A DNA stretch of 42,602 nt from Dehalococcoidia bacterium (GTDB lineage: Bacteria > Chloroflexota > Dehalococcoidia > GIF9 > AB-539-J10), in the NCBI GenBank assembly GCA_009619075.1, contig WJOY01000013.1:1-42602 (forward strand), in the 5' to 3' direction. Under the pieces are notes generated by a model. The model searched no databases and was not told where the DNA came from. It saw only the letters and a program-made list of their open reading frames with translations. A program made the translations under genes and the position numbers. Numbering within the stretch: the first letter of the stretch is position 1; every line of letters begins with the position of its first letter. This document shows, piece by piece, positions 8,722 through 16,381 of this stretch.

Positions 8722-9393
8722 TTGAAGTTGTCGCTAATTGCCATAGATGGCCCGGTAGCAGTAGGCAAGAGCAGTGTGGGCTCATTACTAGCTAAAAAAC
8801 TTGATTATGTTTTCTTTGATACTGGCCTTATGTATCGCGCCTTTACCTGGAAAGCACTTAAATTTGGCATTCCTCCCACCAATGAAAAAGAGCTTTCTCA
8901 ACTAGCTGGTATAACTAAATTTGATTTCGTTTCACACCAAGAAGGATATCTCTTCCCTCTTATTGATGGTGAAGATGTTTCTGCTGAGCTACTTTGCCCC
9001 GAGATAGAGGAGCAAGTTTCCTTGATATCGAAGGTAGCCGGGGTGCGCCAGATGATGGTATCAGAACAGCAGGTGGTAGCCCGGCGAGGGAAAGTGATAA
9101 TGGCAGGCAGAGACATTGGCACGGTGGTTTTACCTTGGGCGGAACTAAAGATTTTCTTGGTTGCTTCTGTCAAAGAGAGAGCTAATCGCAGGTATAAGGA
9201 ATTGCTGGAGCGAGGAGAGAAGGTAGATTACGATGCTACCCTTGCTGACCTCAAGAGACGAGATGGCATTGATACCCACCGCACTATTTCACCACTTAAG
9301 CCTGCTGCCAATGCTATAATCATTGATACAGAAAAACTTAGCCTAAAGCAAGTTGTGGATAAAATATATAATTTGGCGGCCAAACTTAGCTAG
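8722..9393 (+). CDS. cmk: Cytidylate kinase
   Basis: IAIDGPVAVGKSS P-loop, DTGLMYRA, GRDIGTVVLP, RRDGID..R.ISPL. Confidence 0.95.
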   Translation: MKLSLIAIDGPVAVGKSSVGSLLAKKLDYVFFDTGLMYRAFTWKALKFGIPPTNEKELSQLAGITKFDFVSHQEGYLFPLIDGEDVSAELLCPEIEEQVSLISKVAGVRQMMVSEQQVVARRGKVIMAGRDIGTVVLPWAELKIFLVASVKERANRRYKELLERGEKVDYDATLADLKRRDGIDTHRTISPLKPAANAIIIDTEKLSLKQVVDKIYNLAAKLS

Positions 9394-9396
9394 TTA

Positions 9397-9425
9397 GAGA
9401 TTGCCTCGCCTTCGGCTCAGAATGA
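9397..9425 (-). repeat. GTCA/GNA-loop hairpin repeat, single partial unit
   Basis: Reverse complement TCATTCTGAGCCGAAGGCGAGGCAATCTC matches the family at 10769, 11135, 18119 and 35802. Confidence 0.75.
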
Positions 9426-9438
9426 GGGTGTTTAAAAT

Positions 9439-9486
9439 GTAGTGCGAGGCTTTAGCCTCGTGCACGACCCTAAAGGGTCGCACTAC
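9439..9486. repeat. REPIN-like doublet of two inverted GTAG-type REP hairpins
   Basis: GTAG-TGCGAGGC-TTTA-GCCTCGTG followed by CACGACCC-TAAA-GGGTCGCA-CTAC. Confidence 0.8.
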
Positions 9487-9592
9487 GAAAGTTTTTGCGA
9501 GATCAGGTATTAAAGCTGAGTGAGACAATTCTAGTTTCGTATCGGAGGCAAAATTAAGCAGCCTAAATAGCAACAAAGGGGCGGTTACCCAA

Positions 9593-10234
9593 ATGACTCT
9601 ATCTCAAAGGATTGTCTTAGCCATACTCAAACTACTCTCCAGGATTTTCCTTTCCTGGAAAGTCAAGGGGAGGGAGAATATGCCCTTAAATGGCCCGCTC
9701 ATCGTGGTAGCCAATCATGTTCACCTTGTTGATGGCATATTGCTGCAGCTTAGCTTCCCCAGGTGGATTAATTTTATGGCTAAACAGGAGCTTTTTCGCT
9801 ATCCTTTCTTAAGAATCATCTTCCGGTGGGCACAAGCCTTTTCCGTGCCTCGTCGAGGGACAATTAGGGATAAGCGAGAGGCAGTTAAGCAAGCCAAAGA
9901 GATACTAAACAAGGGGCTAGTTCTGGGTATGTTCCCCGAGGGTAAGAGAAACCGCGATGGCAAGCTTTTACCTGGTAAATCAGGTTCGGCTGTAATTGCT
10001 TCACAAACGGGTGTTGCTTTGCTTCCTATTGGCATTATTGGCACAGAGAAGCTTAAAGGGATAAGCTGGCTATGGAAGCGTCCTAGCATAGTCATCAATA
10101 TTGGCCAGCCTTTTGAGCTTCCTTCAAGTGATGGCCGGTTAACCAAATCGCAAACTAAAATGTCCACTGACTTAATGATGAACAAAATCGCTGCCCTTCT
10201 GCCCCTGGAAAACCGAGGATGGTATGGAAATTGA
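9593..10234 (+). CDS. plsC: 1-acyl-sn-glycerol-3-phosphate acyltransferase
   Basis: NHVHLVD (HX4D), FMAKQELF, MFPEGKR. Confidence 0.9.
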   Translation: MTLSQRIVLAILKLLSRIFLSWKVKGRENMPLNGPLIVVANHVHLVDGILLQLSFPRWINFMAKQELFRYPFLRIIFRWAQAFSVPRRGTIRDKREAVKQAKEILNKGLVLGMFPEGKRNRDGKLLPGKSGSAVIASQTGVALLPIGIIGTEKLKGISWLWKRPSIVINIGQPFELPSSDGRLTKSQTKMSTDLMMNKIAALLPLENRGWYGN

Positions 10235-11102
10235 GAAAGCTCGAGAACTTGGCTTATGCTTTGGCGTGAGACGAGCCATCAAACTGTTAAAGGAAGCGGC
10301 AAGCAAATACGGCAATATAGAGACCCTGGGACCAGTAGCGCATAATCAGCAGTTGCTGCAAGCATTGACCAAAGTAGGGATAAAACCGATAGACAACCTA
10401 GAACAGGTTCAAGGCAAAATCCTGGCGGTAACCACCCACGGGGTAAGCCCGCAAGTACTATCTCAAATCGAAGCCCGCCATATCAAATTAGTTGATACTA
10501 CTTGCCCTATAGTTCTCCAGGCTCAAAATGCCACCAAGGAGTTAGCCGATAGTGGCTTTGATGTTATCATCTTCGGGGAGGCAGAGCACCCCGAGGTTAA
10601 AGGATTGCTGGGTTGGGCGGGAAATAAAGGTATCGCTGCTCTTGAGGTAAAACAATTATTAGCTGCTAACAAAACGACGCCATATCGCCTAGGCATCATC
10701 TCTCAAACCACTCAAAGCCACTCTGCCTTCATCGAGTTCATAATACAGCTTATAGCTGCCCTTCCTTCTGTCATTGCGAGCGAAGCGAAGCAATCTCTTA
10801 AGGAAATACGCATCATTAATACCTTATGTCAAGTAATTCAAAAACGCCAGGAAGAGGCTATAAGATTGGCGCAAAAAAACCAGCTTATGATAGTGATCGG
10901 GGGACATGACAGTGCCAATACTAAACGTCTGGCTGAAGCATGCTCACCCCTAGTGGAAACTCATCTGGTGGAAGGAGCAAGTGAGGTGAACCGCTCCTGG
11001 CTTGCAGGTAAACACCATATTGGCATCGTTGCTGGGACATCCACTCCAGATGAGGCTATAGAGGAAGTGGTAGCTAAACTGAAGGCCCTACCGGGGGTTT
11101 AG
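10224..11102 (+). CDS. ispH: 4-hydroxy-3-methylbut-2-enyl diphosphate reductase
   Basis: GLCFGVRRA, THGV, DTTCP, HPEV, SQTT, NTLC, SANT, AGTSTP; three cluster cysteines present. Confidence 0.95.
   Translation: MEIEKARELGLCFGVRRAIKLLKEAASKYGNIETLGPVAHNQQLLQALTKVGIKPIDNLEQVQGKILAVTTHGVSPQVLSQIEARHIKLVDTTCPIVLQAQNATKELADSGFDVIIFGEAEHPEVKGLLGWAGNKGIAALEVKQLLAANKTTPYRLGIISQTTQSHSAFIEFIIQLIAALPSVIASEAKQSLKEIRIINTLCQVIQKRQEEAIRLAQKNQLMIVIGGHDSANTKRLAEACSPLVETHLVEGASEVNRSWLAGKHHIGIVAGTSTPDEAIEEVVAKLKALPGV
10769..10797 (+). repeat. GTCA/GNA hairpin repeat in frame within ispH (VIASEAKQS)
   Basis: TGTCATTGCGAGCGAAGCGAAGCAATCTC; GTC at 10770 is in the ispH frame. Confidence 0.88.
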
Positions 11103-11104
11103 TT

Positions 11105-11165
11105 ATCACCCTAAGCGATTAGGAAGGGTCTCACAGATTCTTCGGCCTACGGCCTCAGAATGACA
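11105..11165. repeat. Inverted pair of GTCA/GNA hairpin repeats between convergent ispH and HIT genes
   Basis: ATCACCCTAAGCGATTAGGAAGGGTCTC followed by AGATTCTTCGGCCTACGGCCTCAGAATGACA. Confidence 0.8.
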
Positions 11166-11180
11166 CACAGCAAAAAATTT

Positions 11181-11528
11181 TTAGCCTAGCTGATCACTCA
11201 GCTTCCTGCCACCAATGAGGTGGAAGTGAAGATGAGGCACCACCTGTCCCCCTTCAGGACCACAATTTATCGCCAAACGATAGCCGCTCTCCGCTATCCC
11301 CTCTTTCTCAGCTAGGTTCCTGGCTAATATTATCAGGCGTCCTATAAGCCCCTGTTGTTGCTCAGTAAGCTCTGTTAAAGATGCGATGTGAGTTTTGGGT
11401 ATGATGATTACATGCTTAGGCGCCTGAGGGTTGATATCCCTGAAAGCTAGGAATTCCTTATCTTGGTAAACAATATCACCGGGTATCTCACCAGCAACAA
11501 TGCGGCAAAAAAGACATCCTTCAGCCAT
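11181..11528 (-). CDS. Histidine triad nucleotide-binding protein (HinT/PKCI-like)
   Basis: CLFCRI, AFRDINPQAPKH, GQVVPHLHFHLIGGR. Confidence 0.95.
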   Translation of the reverse strand: MAEGCLFCRIVAGEIPGDIVYQDKEFLAFRDINPQAPKHVIIIPKTHIASLTELTEQQQGLIGRLIILARNLAEKEGIAESGYRLAINCGPEGGQVVPHLHFHLIGGRKLSDQLG

Positions 11529-11550
11529 GCTTATTTTCTATTAACTTTAT

Positions 11551-11790
11551 CTAGGACAGGCCCATTGAAAGGCAAGTTATCGTTCTGCTAATGCCTGGGA
11601 TGGGATGAATCTTCCCGGTAACCAGATTTCCGATGCCCTCAAGGTCCTGAGCCTCGACTGCGGCAATGATGTCGTAAGGTCCAGTTACAGCATCAGCCGA
11701 TTTTACCCCCTCCACCTTGCCCAGAGCAGTAACGACGTTCTTGGTTTTCCCGACTCCGATCTCGATAAGTACAAAAGCTTTGACTGCCAT
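11551..11790 (-). CDS. Stand-alone Lrp/AsnC ligand-binding (RAM) domain protein
   Basis: KAFVLI, VTGPYDIIA, IPGISRTITC; no HTH. Start ATG 11790 with RBS AGGAGGTG. Confidence 0.85.
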   Translation of the reverse strand: MAVKAFVLIEIGVGKTKNVVTALGKVEGVKSADAVTGPYDIIAAVEAQDLEGIGNLVTGKIHPIPGISRTITCLSMGLS

Positions 11791-11883
11791 ACTCCACCTC
11801 CTTATCAAATTTTAACCCGATATGTCTTTTAGTGCAACCGAAAGATTCTTCCATGATTTCGCTTGCTTCAAATTATTATATAC

Positions 11884-11909
11884 TTTGACTATAATTTTTG
11901 ACTATAATT
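11884..11909 (+). repeat. Exact 13-bp tandem duplication in the divergent lrp/miaB promoter region
   Basis: TTTGACTATAATT x2; each unit contains TTGACT and TATAAT. Confidence 0.85.
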
Positions 11910-11942
11910 GTAGAAAGCTTGCGGGTTAGAGAGCGTTTATTT

Positions 11943-12078
11943 TGTCACCCTGAGCCGAAGCCCTGAGCGCAGAGAAGGGAATAGCGAAGGGTCTAGATTC
12001 TTCGCGGAGCCTGTCCTGAGCGGTGTGAGATTCTTTGCTATGCTCAGAATGACGAGGGGCGAAGGGCTCAGAATGACA
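11943..12078. repeat. Nested cluster of GTCA/GNA hairpin repeats upstream of miaB
   Basis: Forward unit 11943-11994 contains an inner CCCTGAGCGCAGAGAAGGG. Reverse unit 11995-12078 encloses CCTGAGCG...GCGAAGG, which encloses GAGATTCTTTGCTATGCTCAGAATGAC (12027-12053). Confidence 0.85.
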
Positions 12079-12112
12079 GGAGGAGGTTGCTAAATAGCCT
12101 CTGGGCTAAATT

Positions 12113-13408
12113 ATGTCAAAGTATTTTATCTGGACCATCGGCTGCCAGATGAATAAGGCAGAATCGCTGCGGATAGCTAGCTATCTAGATTTCCTCAGCT
12201 ATCAAGTTGCACCCTCCCTCCGGGAAGCTGACTTAGTAGTGCTCAATACCTGTGTCGTGAGGCAGAGTGCCGAGGATAAAGTTTTGGGCACGTTGGGTTT
12301 GTTGAAAGGGCTAAAAAAGGAGCACCCGAATCTCTCTATACTGGTTACTGGCTGTTTTGTTGATTCCAACATCGCAGGATTGAAGAGAAGATTTCCCCAG
12401 GTTGATTTTTTCTTCAAGCCAGGAGCTTACCCCGAGCTAACTAACTGGGCTCAAAAGCAGGGCATTTCTACCGCTGAGCAAGGATTGCTTCGCTACGCTC
12501 GCAATGACACATGGAAGTCTCCTTCTCCTTGCGCCTTTGTCCCCGTCATCCAGGGTTGCAATAAATTTTGTTCTTACTGTATCGTCCCATACAGGAGAGG
12601 TAGAGAGGTAAGTCGTCCTTTAGAAGAAGTAGTTTGTGAAGTCAAAGGGCTGGTGAAGCAAGGAGTAAGGGAGGTAATTTTGCTGGGGCAGAATGTCGAT
12701 TCTTATGGCCACGATTTGCCTGGCAATCCCGATTTGGCTGATTTGTTAACCAAATTAAATAACATTAACGACTTAGCTAGAATTCGCTTTTTGACTAACC
12801 ATCCTAGAGATATAAGCCAAAGTCTCATTGAAGCTATGGCTTTCCTGGACAAAGTTTGCGAACATTTAGAGCTACCTATTCAGTCAGGCGATGATGATAT
12901 ACTGAAGGCTATGAGGCGAGGGTATACTGTGGAGCAATATCGTAAGCTTATCCACGCTATTCGATATCATATCCCTCAAATATCTTTGAGCACTGACATT
13001 ATCGTTGGCTTTCCCGGGGAAACTGAGGAGCAATTTGAGCATACTTATTCTTTGCTAGAAGAAATGCGGTTTGATGTTGTTCACGTGGCCGCTTATTCTC
13101 CTCGCCCTGGCACCATCGCCGGGAGAAAATATGAAGATACTGTTCCCCCAGAAGTTAAGAGGGAAAGATTTAATAAAATTGAACAACTCCAGGCAAATAT
13201 AGCTACTGAACTAAACTCCGCTTACCGAGGCAAGACAATGGAGGTATTAGTGGAAGGTGAGAGGAAAGGAAAGTGGTATGGACGCACCAGAAGTGATAAG
13301 CTAGTATTCTTTGAAAACAAGGATGATTGCACAGGGCAACTGGTGAAAATCAGGATTGAGAAAACAAGCCCTTGGGCACTGCAGGGCAAGGTTGGATATA
13401 ATAGCTAA
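12113..13408 (+). CDS. miaB: tRNA-2-methylthio-N6-dimethylallyladenosine synthase
   Basis: TIGCQMN, LNTCVVR, VTGC, radical SAM CNKFCSYC, TDIIVGFPGET, YSPRPGT, C-terminal TRAM domain. Confidence 0.93.
   Translation: MSKYFIWTIGCQMNKAESLRIASYLDFLSYQVAPSLREADLVVLNTCVVRQSAEDKVLGTLGLLKGLKKEHPNLSILVTGCFVDSNIAGLKRRFPQVDFFFKPGAYPELTNWAQKQGISTAEQGLLRYARNDTWKSPSPCAFVPVIQGCNKFCSYCIVPYRRGREVSRPLEEVVCEVKGLVKQGVREVILLGQNVDSYGHDLPGNPDLADLLTKLNNINDLARIRFLTNHPRDISQSLIEAMAFLDKVCEHLELPIQSGDDDILKAMRRGYTVEQYRKLIHAIRYHIPQISLSTDIIVGFPGETEEQFEHTYSLLEEMRFDVVHVAAYSPRPGTIAGRKYEDTVPPEVKRERFNKIEQLQANIATELNSAYRGKTMEVLVEGERKGKWYGRTRSDKLVFFENKDDCTGQLVKIRIEKTSPWALQGKVGYNS
12482..12509 (-). repeat. GTCA/GNA hairpin repeat in frame within miaB, reverse orientation (GLLRYARNDT)
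   Basis: GGATTGCTTCGCTACGCTCGCAATGACA is the reverse complement of the ispH copy with 2 mismatches in 28. Confidence 0.9.
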
Positions 13409-13426
13409 TTAAAAAGGAGGAATGCA

Positions 13427-13705
13427 ATGGAACAACTTCAAGGCATAGCCCCAATTCTCTTTCTGGTATTGATCTTCGCCGCGATGTATTTCTTTATGAT
13501 TAAACCACAGCGCAAGAGACAGAAAGAACAGCAAGAACTAGTGCAGGAACTGAGAAGGGGAGATAAGGTGGTTACCACTGGCGGAATCTATGGACAAATT
13601 GAAAACCTCAGCCAGGATACTGTAGTTCTGCGGATAGAATCAGGGGCAACAATTAAGGTAGCTAGAATCAGCATAGCCGGCAAACAAGGTAAACAGATAA
13701 GATAG
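13427..13705 (+). CDS. yajC: Preprotein translocase subunit YajC
   Basis: TM helix, YFFMIKPQRKRQKE, GDKVVTTGGIYG. Confidence 0.95.
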   Translation: MEQLQGIAPILFLVLIFAAMYFFMIKPQRKRQKEQQELVQELRRGDKVVTTGGIYGQIENLSQDTVVLRIESGATIKVARISIAGKQGKQIR

Positions 13706-13716
13706 AGAGAGATAAT

Positions 13717-13780
13717 TAGCTCACAGCAGACAGCAGTCAGCAATTAGCTGATAACTGAAGGCTGAAAGCTGATAGCTGAA
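13717..13780. repeat. Inverted array of degenerate heptamers
   Basis: TAGCTCA CAGCAGA CAGCAGT CAGCAAT then TAGCTGA TAACTGA AGGCTGA AAGCTGA TAGCTGA; CAGC cores face GCTG cores. Confidence 0.75.
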
Positions 13781-13782
13781 AG

Positions 13783-14691
13783 GTGAATCCCAAACAAGCT
13801 AAAGAAAGGATAGCTAAGCTAAAAAGGGAGCTTAACGCTATTATCGTAGCTCATAATTACCAGCGCCCCGAAGTGCAGGATATCGCTGACTTTACCGGTG
13901 ATTCTCTTGAGCTAGCGCAGAGATGTGTTGGCGCCGATGCGGAGATAATCGTCTTGTGCGGCGTTCGCTTTATGGCTGAGACAGCAGCTATTCTTAATCC
14001 AGCTTCTACAGTGCTCTTATCTCATCCTGATGCTGGCTGTCCTTTAGCAGACATGATCAATGTTGGGGAGCTAAAGCAATGGAAAGAGAGATACCCCAAA
14101 GCTACTGTGGTGGCTTATGTTAACACTACGGCGGCAATTAAGGCGGAAAGCAATATCTGTTGCACCTCGGCTAACGGGATTGAGGTGGTGACCTCCTGCC
14201 TGGCTAAGGAAATCCTCTTTATCCCTGATCAAAACCTAGGACATTATATTTCCACCAAGACCAACAAAAGAATGATTCTCTATCCCGGCTTCTGTGATAC
14301 TCATGCTAAGGTTACTGCTGAGCAAGTTAGCTTAGCCAAGCAGAGGTATCCCCAGGCCAAAGTTTTGGTTCATCCTGAATGCCGTCCAGAGGTTATAAAT
14401 TTGGCTGATGCTGCTTTAAGCACCTCACAAATGCTTCGCTATGCTAAGTCTTGCAATGAGAAAACTTTCCTCATCGGCACGGAGGAGGGAACATTACATC
14501 CCTTAAGGAAGCAAAATCCGGAAAAGGAATTTTATCTTATCAGCGATGGCTTTATCTGCCCTGATATGAAGAAAACAACTTTAGAAACGGTTATTGAAGC
14601 TATGCAGACAAAAAGCAACGTGGTCATCGTGCCCGAGGAAACAAGAATAAAAGCCAAGCAAGCTATTGATAGGATGCTGGCCATAACCTGA
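13783..14691 (+). CDS. nadA: Quinolinate synthase
   Basis: AHNYQ, GDSLEL, CGVRFMAE, AGCPLA, YVNT, CTSAN, PDQNLG, HPEC, CPDMK. Confidence 0.96.
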   Translation: MNPKQAKERIAKLKRELNAIIVAHNYQRPEVQDIADFTGDSLELAQRCVGADAEIIVLCGVRFMAETAAILNPASTVLLSHPDAGCPLADMINVGELKQWKERYPKATVVAYVNTTAAIKAESNICCTSANGIEVVTSCLAKEILFIPDQNLGHYISTKTNKRMILYPGFCDTHAKVTAEQVSLAKQRYPQAKVLVHPECRPEVINLADAALSTSQMLRYAKSCNEKTFLIGTEEGTLHPLRKQNPEKEFYLISDGFICPDMKKTTLETVIEAMQTKSNVVIVPEETRIKAKQAIDRMLAIT

Positions 14692-14700
14692 AAGGAAAGA

Positions 14701-14740
14701 TCCCCTCTCCCTTCACGGGAGAGGGGAAGGGTGAGGGTGG
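14701..14740. repeat. CCCCTCTCCC/GGGAGAGGGG-type REP hairpin with GGGTGAGGG tail
   Basis: TCCCCTCTCCC-TTCAC-GGGAGAGGGGA (11-bp stem) followed by AGGGTGAGGGTGG. Confidence 0.75.
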
Positions 14741-14783
14741 AAAAAATGTTTAAAAAAATCGTAGCACCAAGGTTTTAGCCTCG

Positions 14784-15686
14784 ATGGAAGAGATTATTGA
14801 CCGTGCTTTAGCTGAAGACCTCGGCAAAGGCGATGTCACTACTGAAGCCTTAATACCAAATGACCAGCAAGGGAGTGCCTCCATTATAGCAAAGGAACAA
14901 GGCATTTTGGCTGGCATCGAAGTAGCTAAGAAGGTATTTCCCAAAGTAGATCCAGGGCTAAGAATGGACGTTTTGCTTGAAGATGGATTCAGGATTAAGG
15001 CGAGTGATGTAATCGCCAGGGTAGAAGGCAAAGTAGCTAATATTCTAAAAGCAGAGAGGGTGGCTTTAAATTTCCTGCAGAGGCTGAGCGGGATTGCCAC
15101 GGAAACAAATCGCTATGTGGAAGCAGTCGAGGGATTGCCAGTGCAAATTATGGATACCAGAAAGACAACCCCTAGCTTAAGGTCGCTGGAGAAATATGCT
15201 GTCAGGGTTGGTGGCGGTGAAAATCACCGTATGAATCTGGGCGATGGCATACTTATTAAAGATAATCATCTGGCAGCTCTTCGTAGCCGTGGATTAAGCC
15301 TCAAGGAAATTATAGCCAAGGCTCGGCAAAATGCGCCTTTGTCATTGCGAGGCATCCCAAGCCGAAGCAATGTCGAAGCAAGGCAAATTCAAATCGAAGT
15401 GGAGGTCAAGACTGTGCCAGAAGCTCTGGACGCTGCTGAGGCTGGGGCAGATGTCGTTATGCTGGACAATATGAGTCTTGGAGATATGCGTCAGGCAGTT
15501 AAGATGATAGGTGGTCGTGCCTTAATTGAAGCCTCTGGAGGAATTACCCTCGATAGAGTTCGTGCTGTGGCTGAAACTGGCGTTGATTTTATCTCAATTG
15601 GCGCCCTTACCCACTCAGTCAAGGCTTTGGATATTAGCCTGGAGCTTGAGCCATCTTCTTCTCTGGGGCAAGGCCATGGGCCCTAA
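14784..15686 (+). CDS. nadC: Nicotinate-nucleotide pyrophosphorylase (carboxylating)
   Basis: ALAEDLG.GDVTT, ERVALNFLQRLSGIAT, DTRKTTP, LIKDNH, MLDNM, EASGG, SIGALTHS. Confidence 0.95.
   Translation: MEEIIDRALAEDLGKGDVTTEALIPNDQQGSASIIAKEQGILAGIEVAKKVFPKVDPGLRMDVLLEDGFRIKASDVIARVEGKVANILKAERVALNFLQRLSGIATETNRYVEAVEGLPVQIMDTRKTTPSLRSLEKYAVRVGGGENHRMNLGDGILIKDNHLAALRSRGLSLKEIIAKARQNAPLSLRGIPSRSNVEARQIQIEVEVKTVPEALDAAEAGADVVMLDNMSLGDMRQAVKMIGGRALIEASGGITLDRVRAVAETGVDFISIGALTHSVKALDISLELEPSSSLGQGHGP
15340..15374 (+). repeat. GTCA hairpin repeat in frame within nadC (LSLRGIPSRSNV)
   Basis: TGTCATTGCGAGGCATCCCAAGCCGAAGCAATGTC between KARQNAP and IQIEVEV; read in a different frame from the ispH copy. 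Confidence 0.8.
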
Positions 15687-16368
15687 GCAAAGAGATATCA
15701 TTTAAAATCCTCTCAGTGCTGCCATCAGTAACTATTTCTCCTTCATCCAGTACCACAGCCCGCTGGCATAGAGCCTTTACCAGCTCTAAATCGTGAGCAG
15801 CAACGATCTTAGTCATTGGCAATTGTCTCAGCAGCTCAATTAACGCCCACTTGCTCTTCGGGTCGAGGTTGCTGGTGGGTTCATCTAAAATTAAAAGCTC
15901 TGGACTTAGGGAAAGAACAGTAGCAATAGCAATCCTTTTCTTTTCACCAATGCTGAGGTGATGGGGAGAACGCTGCTCATACCCAGTCATCCCTACCCAT
16001 TTCAGGGCTTGTTTCACACGCTGCTTAATTTCTAACTCAGAATAGCCCATGTTTAGTGGGCCAAAGGCAACATCATCAAAGACAGTTAAGGAGAAAAGCT
16101 GGTCCTCGGGGTCCTGAAACACCAGACCGACTTTTCTCCTTATTTCCTTCAGGTTCCTTTCCTCGACAGGTAACCCAAATATCTTTACCATACTATTGCC
16201 ACGAAGGATACCATTAAGGTGAAGTAAAAGTGTTGATTTGCCAGCGCCATTAGGACCAATCACTGCCACATTCTCACCAGGATAAACCGCTAAATTAATA
16301 TTTTGGAGTCCTTGGTGCCCATCGGGATAAAAGAAGGAAAGATTTTTAATCTCTATAACTTTATCCAT
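15634..16368 (-). CDS. cbiO: ECF-type Co/Ni transporter ATPase
   Basis: GPNGAGKST, VGLVFQDPEDQLF, DVAFGP, HHLSIGEKKR, LDEPTSNLDP. Confidence 0.9.
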   Translation of the reverse strand: MDKVIEIKNLSFFYPDGHQGLQNINLAVYPGENVAVIGPNGAGKSTLLLHLNGILRGNSMVKIFGLPVEERNLKEIRRKVGLVFQDPEDQLFSLTVFDDVAFGPLNMGYSELEIKQRVKQALKWVGMTGYEQRSPHHLSIGEKKRIAIATVLSLSPELLILDEPTSNLDPKSKWALIELLRQLPMTKIVAAHDLELVKALCQRAVVLDEGEIVTDGSTERILNDISLLRAHGLAPEKKMAQAPG

Positions 16369-16381
16369 AATCCTTTAAAAG

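Noticed and set aside
9394-9576. 60-aa minus-strand ORF
   Set aside because: Largely a translation of the REP doublet and GTCA repeat; no coding features.
11943-12078. Repeat clusters as a CRISPR array or tRNA
   Set aside because: Units are inverted and nested with no regular repeat-spacer period, no cas genes and no cloverleaf or T-loop motif.
14746-14786. Upstream ATG plus A7 tract as a frameshift-controlled nadC start
   Set aside because: One extra A would fuse ATG 14746 to nadC, but ATG 14784 already gives a full-length enzyme and there is no canonical slippery heptamer in frame; cannot be supported without reads.
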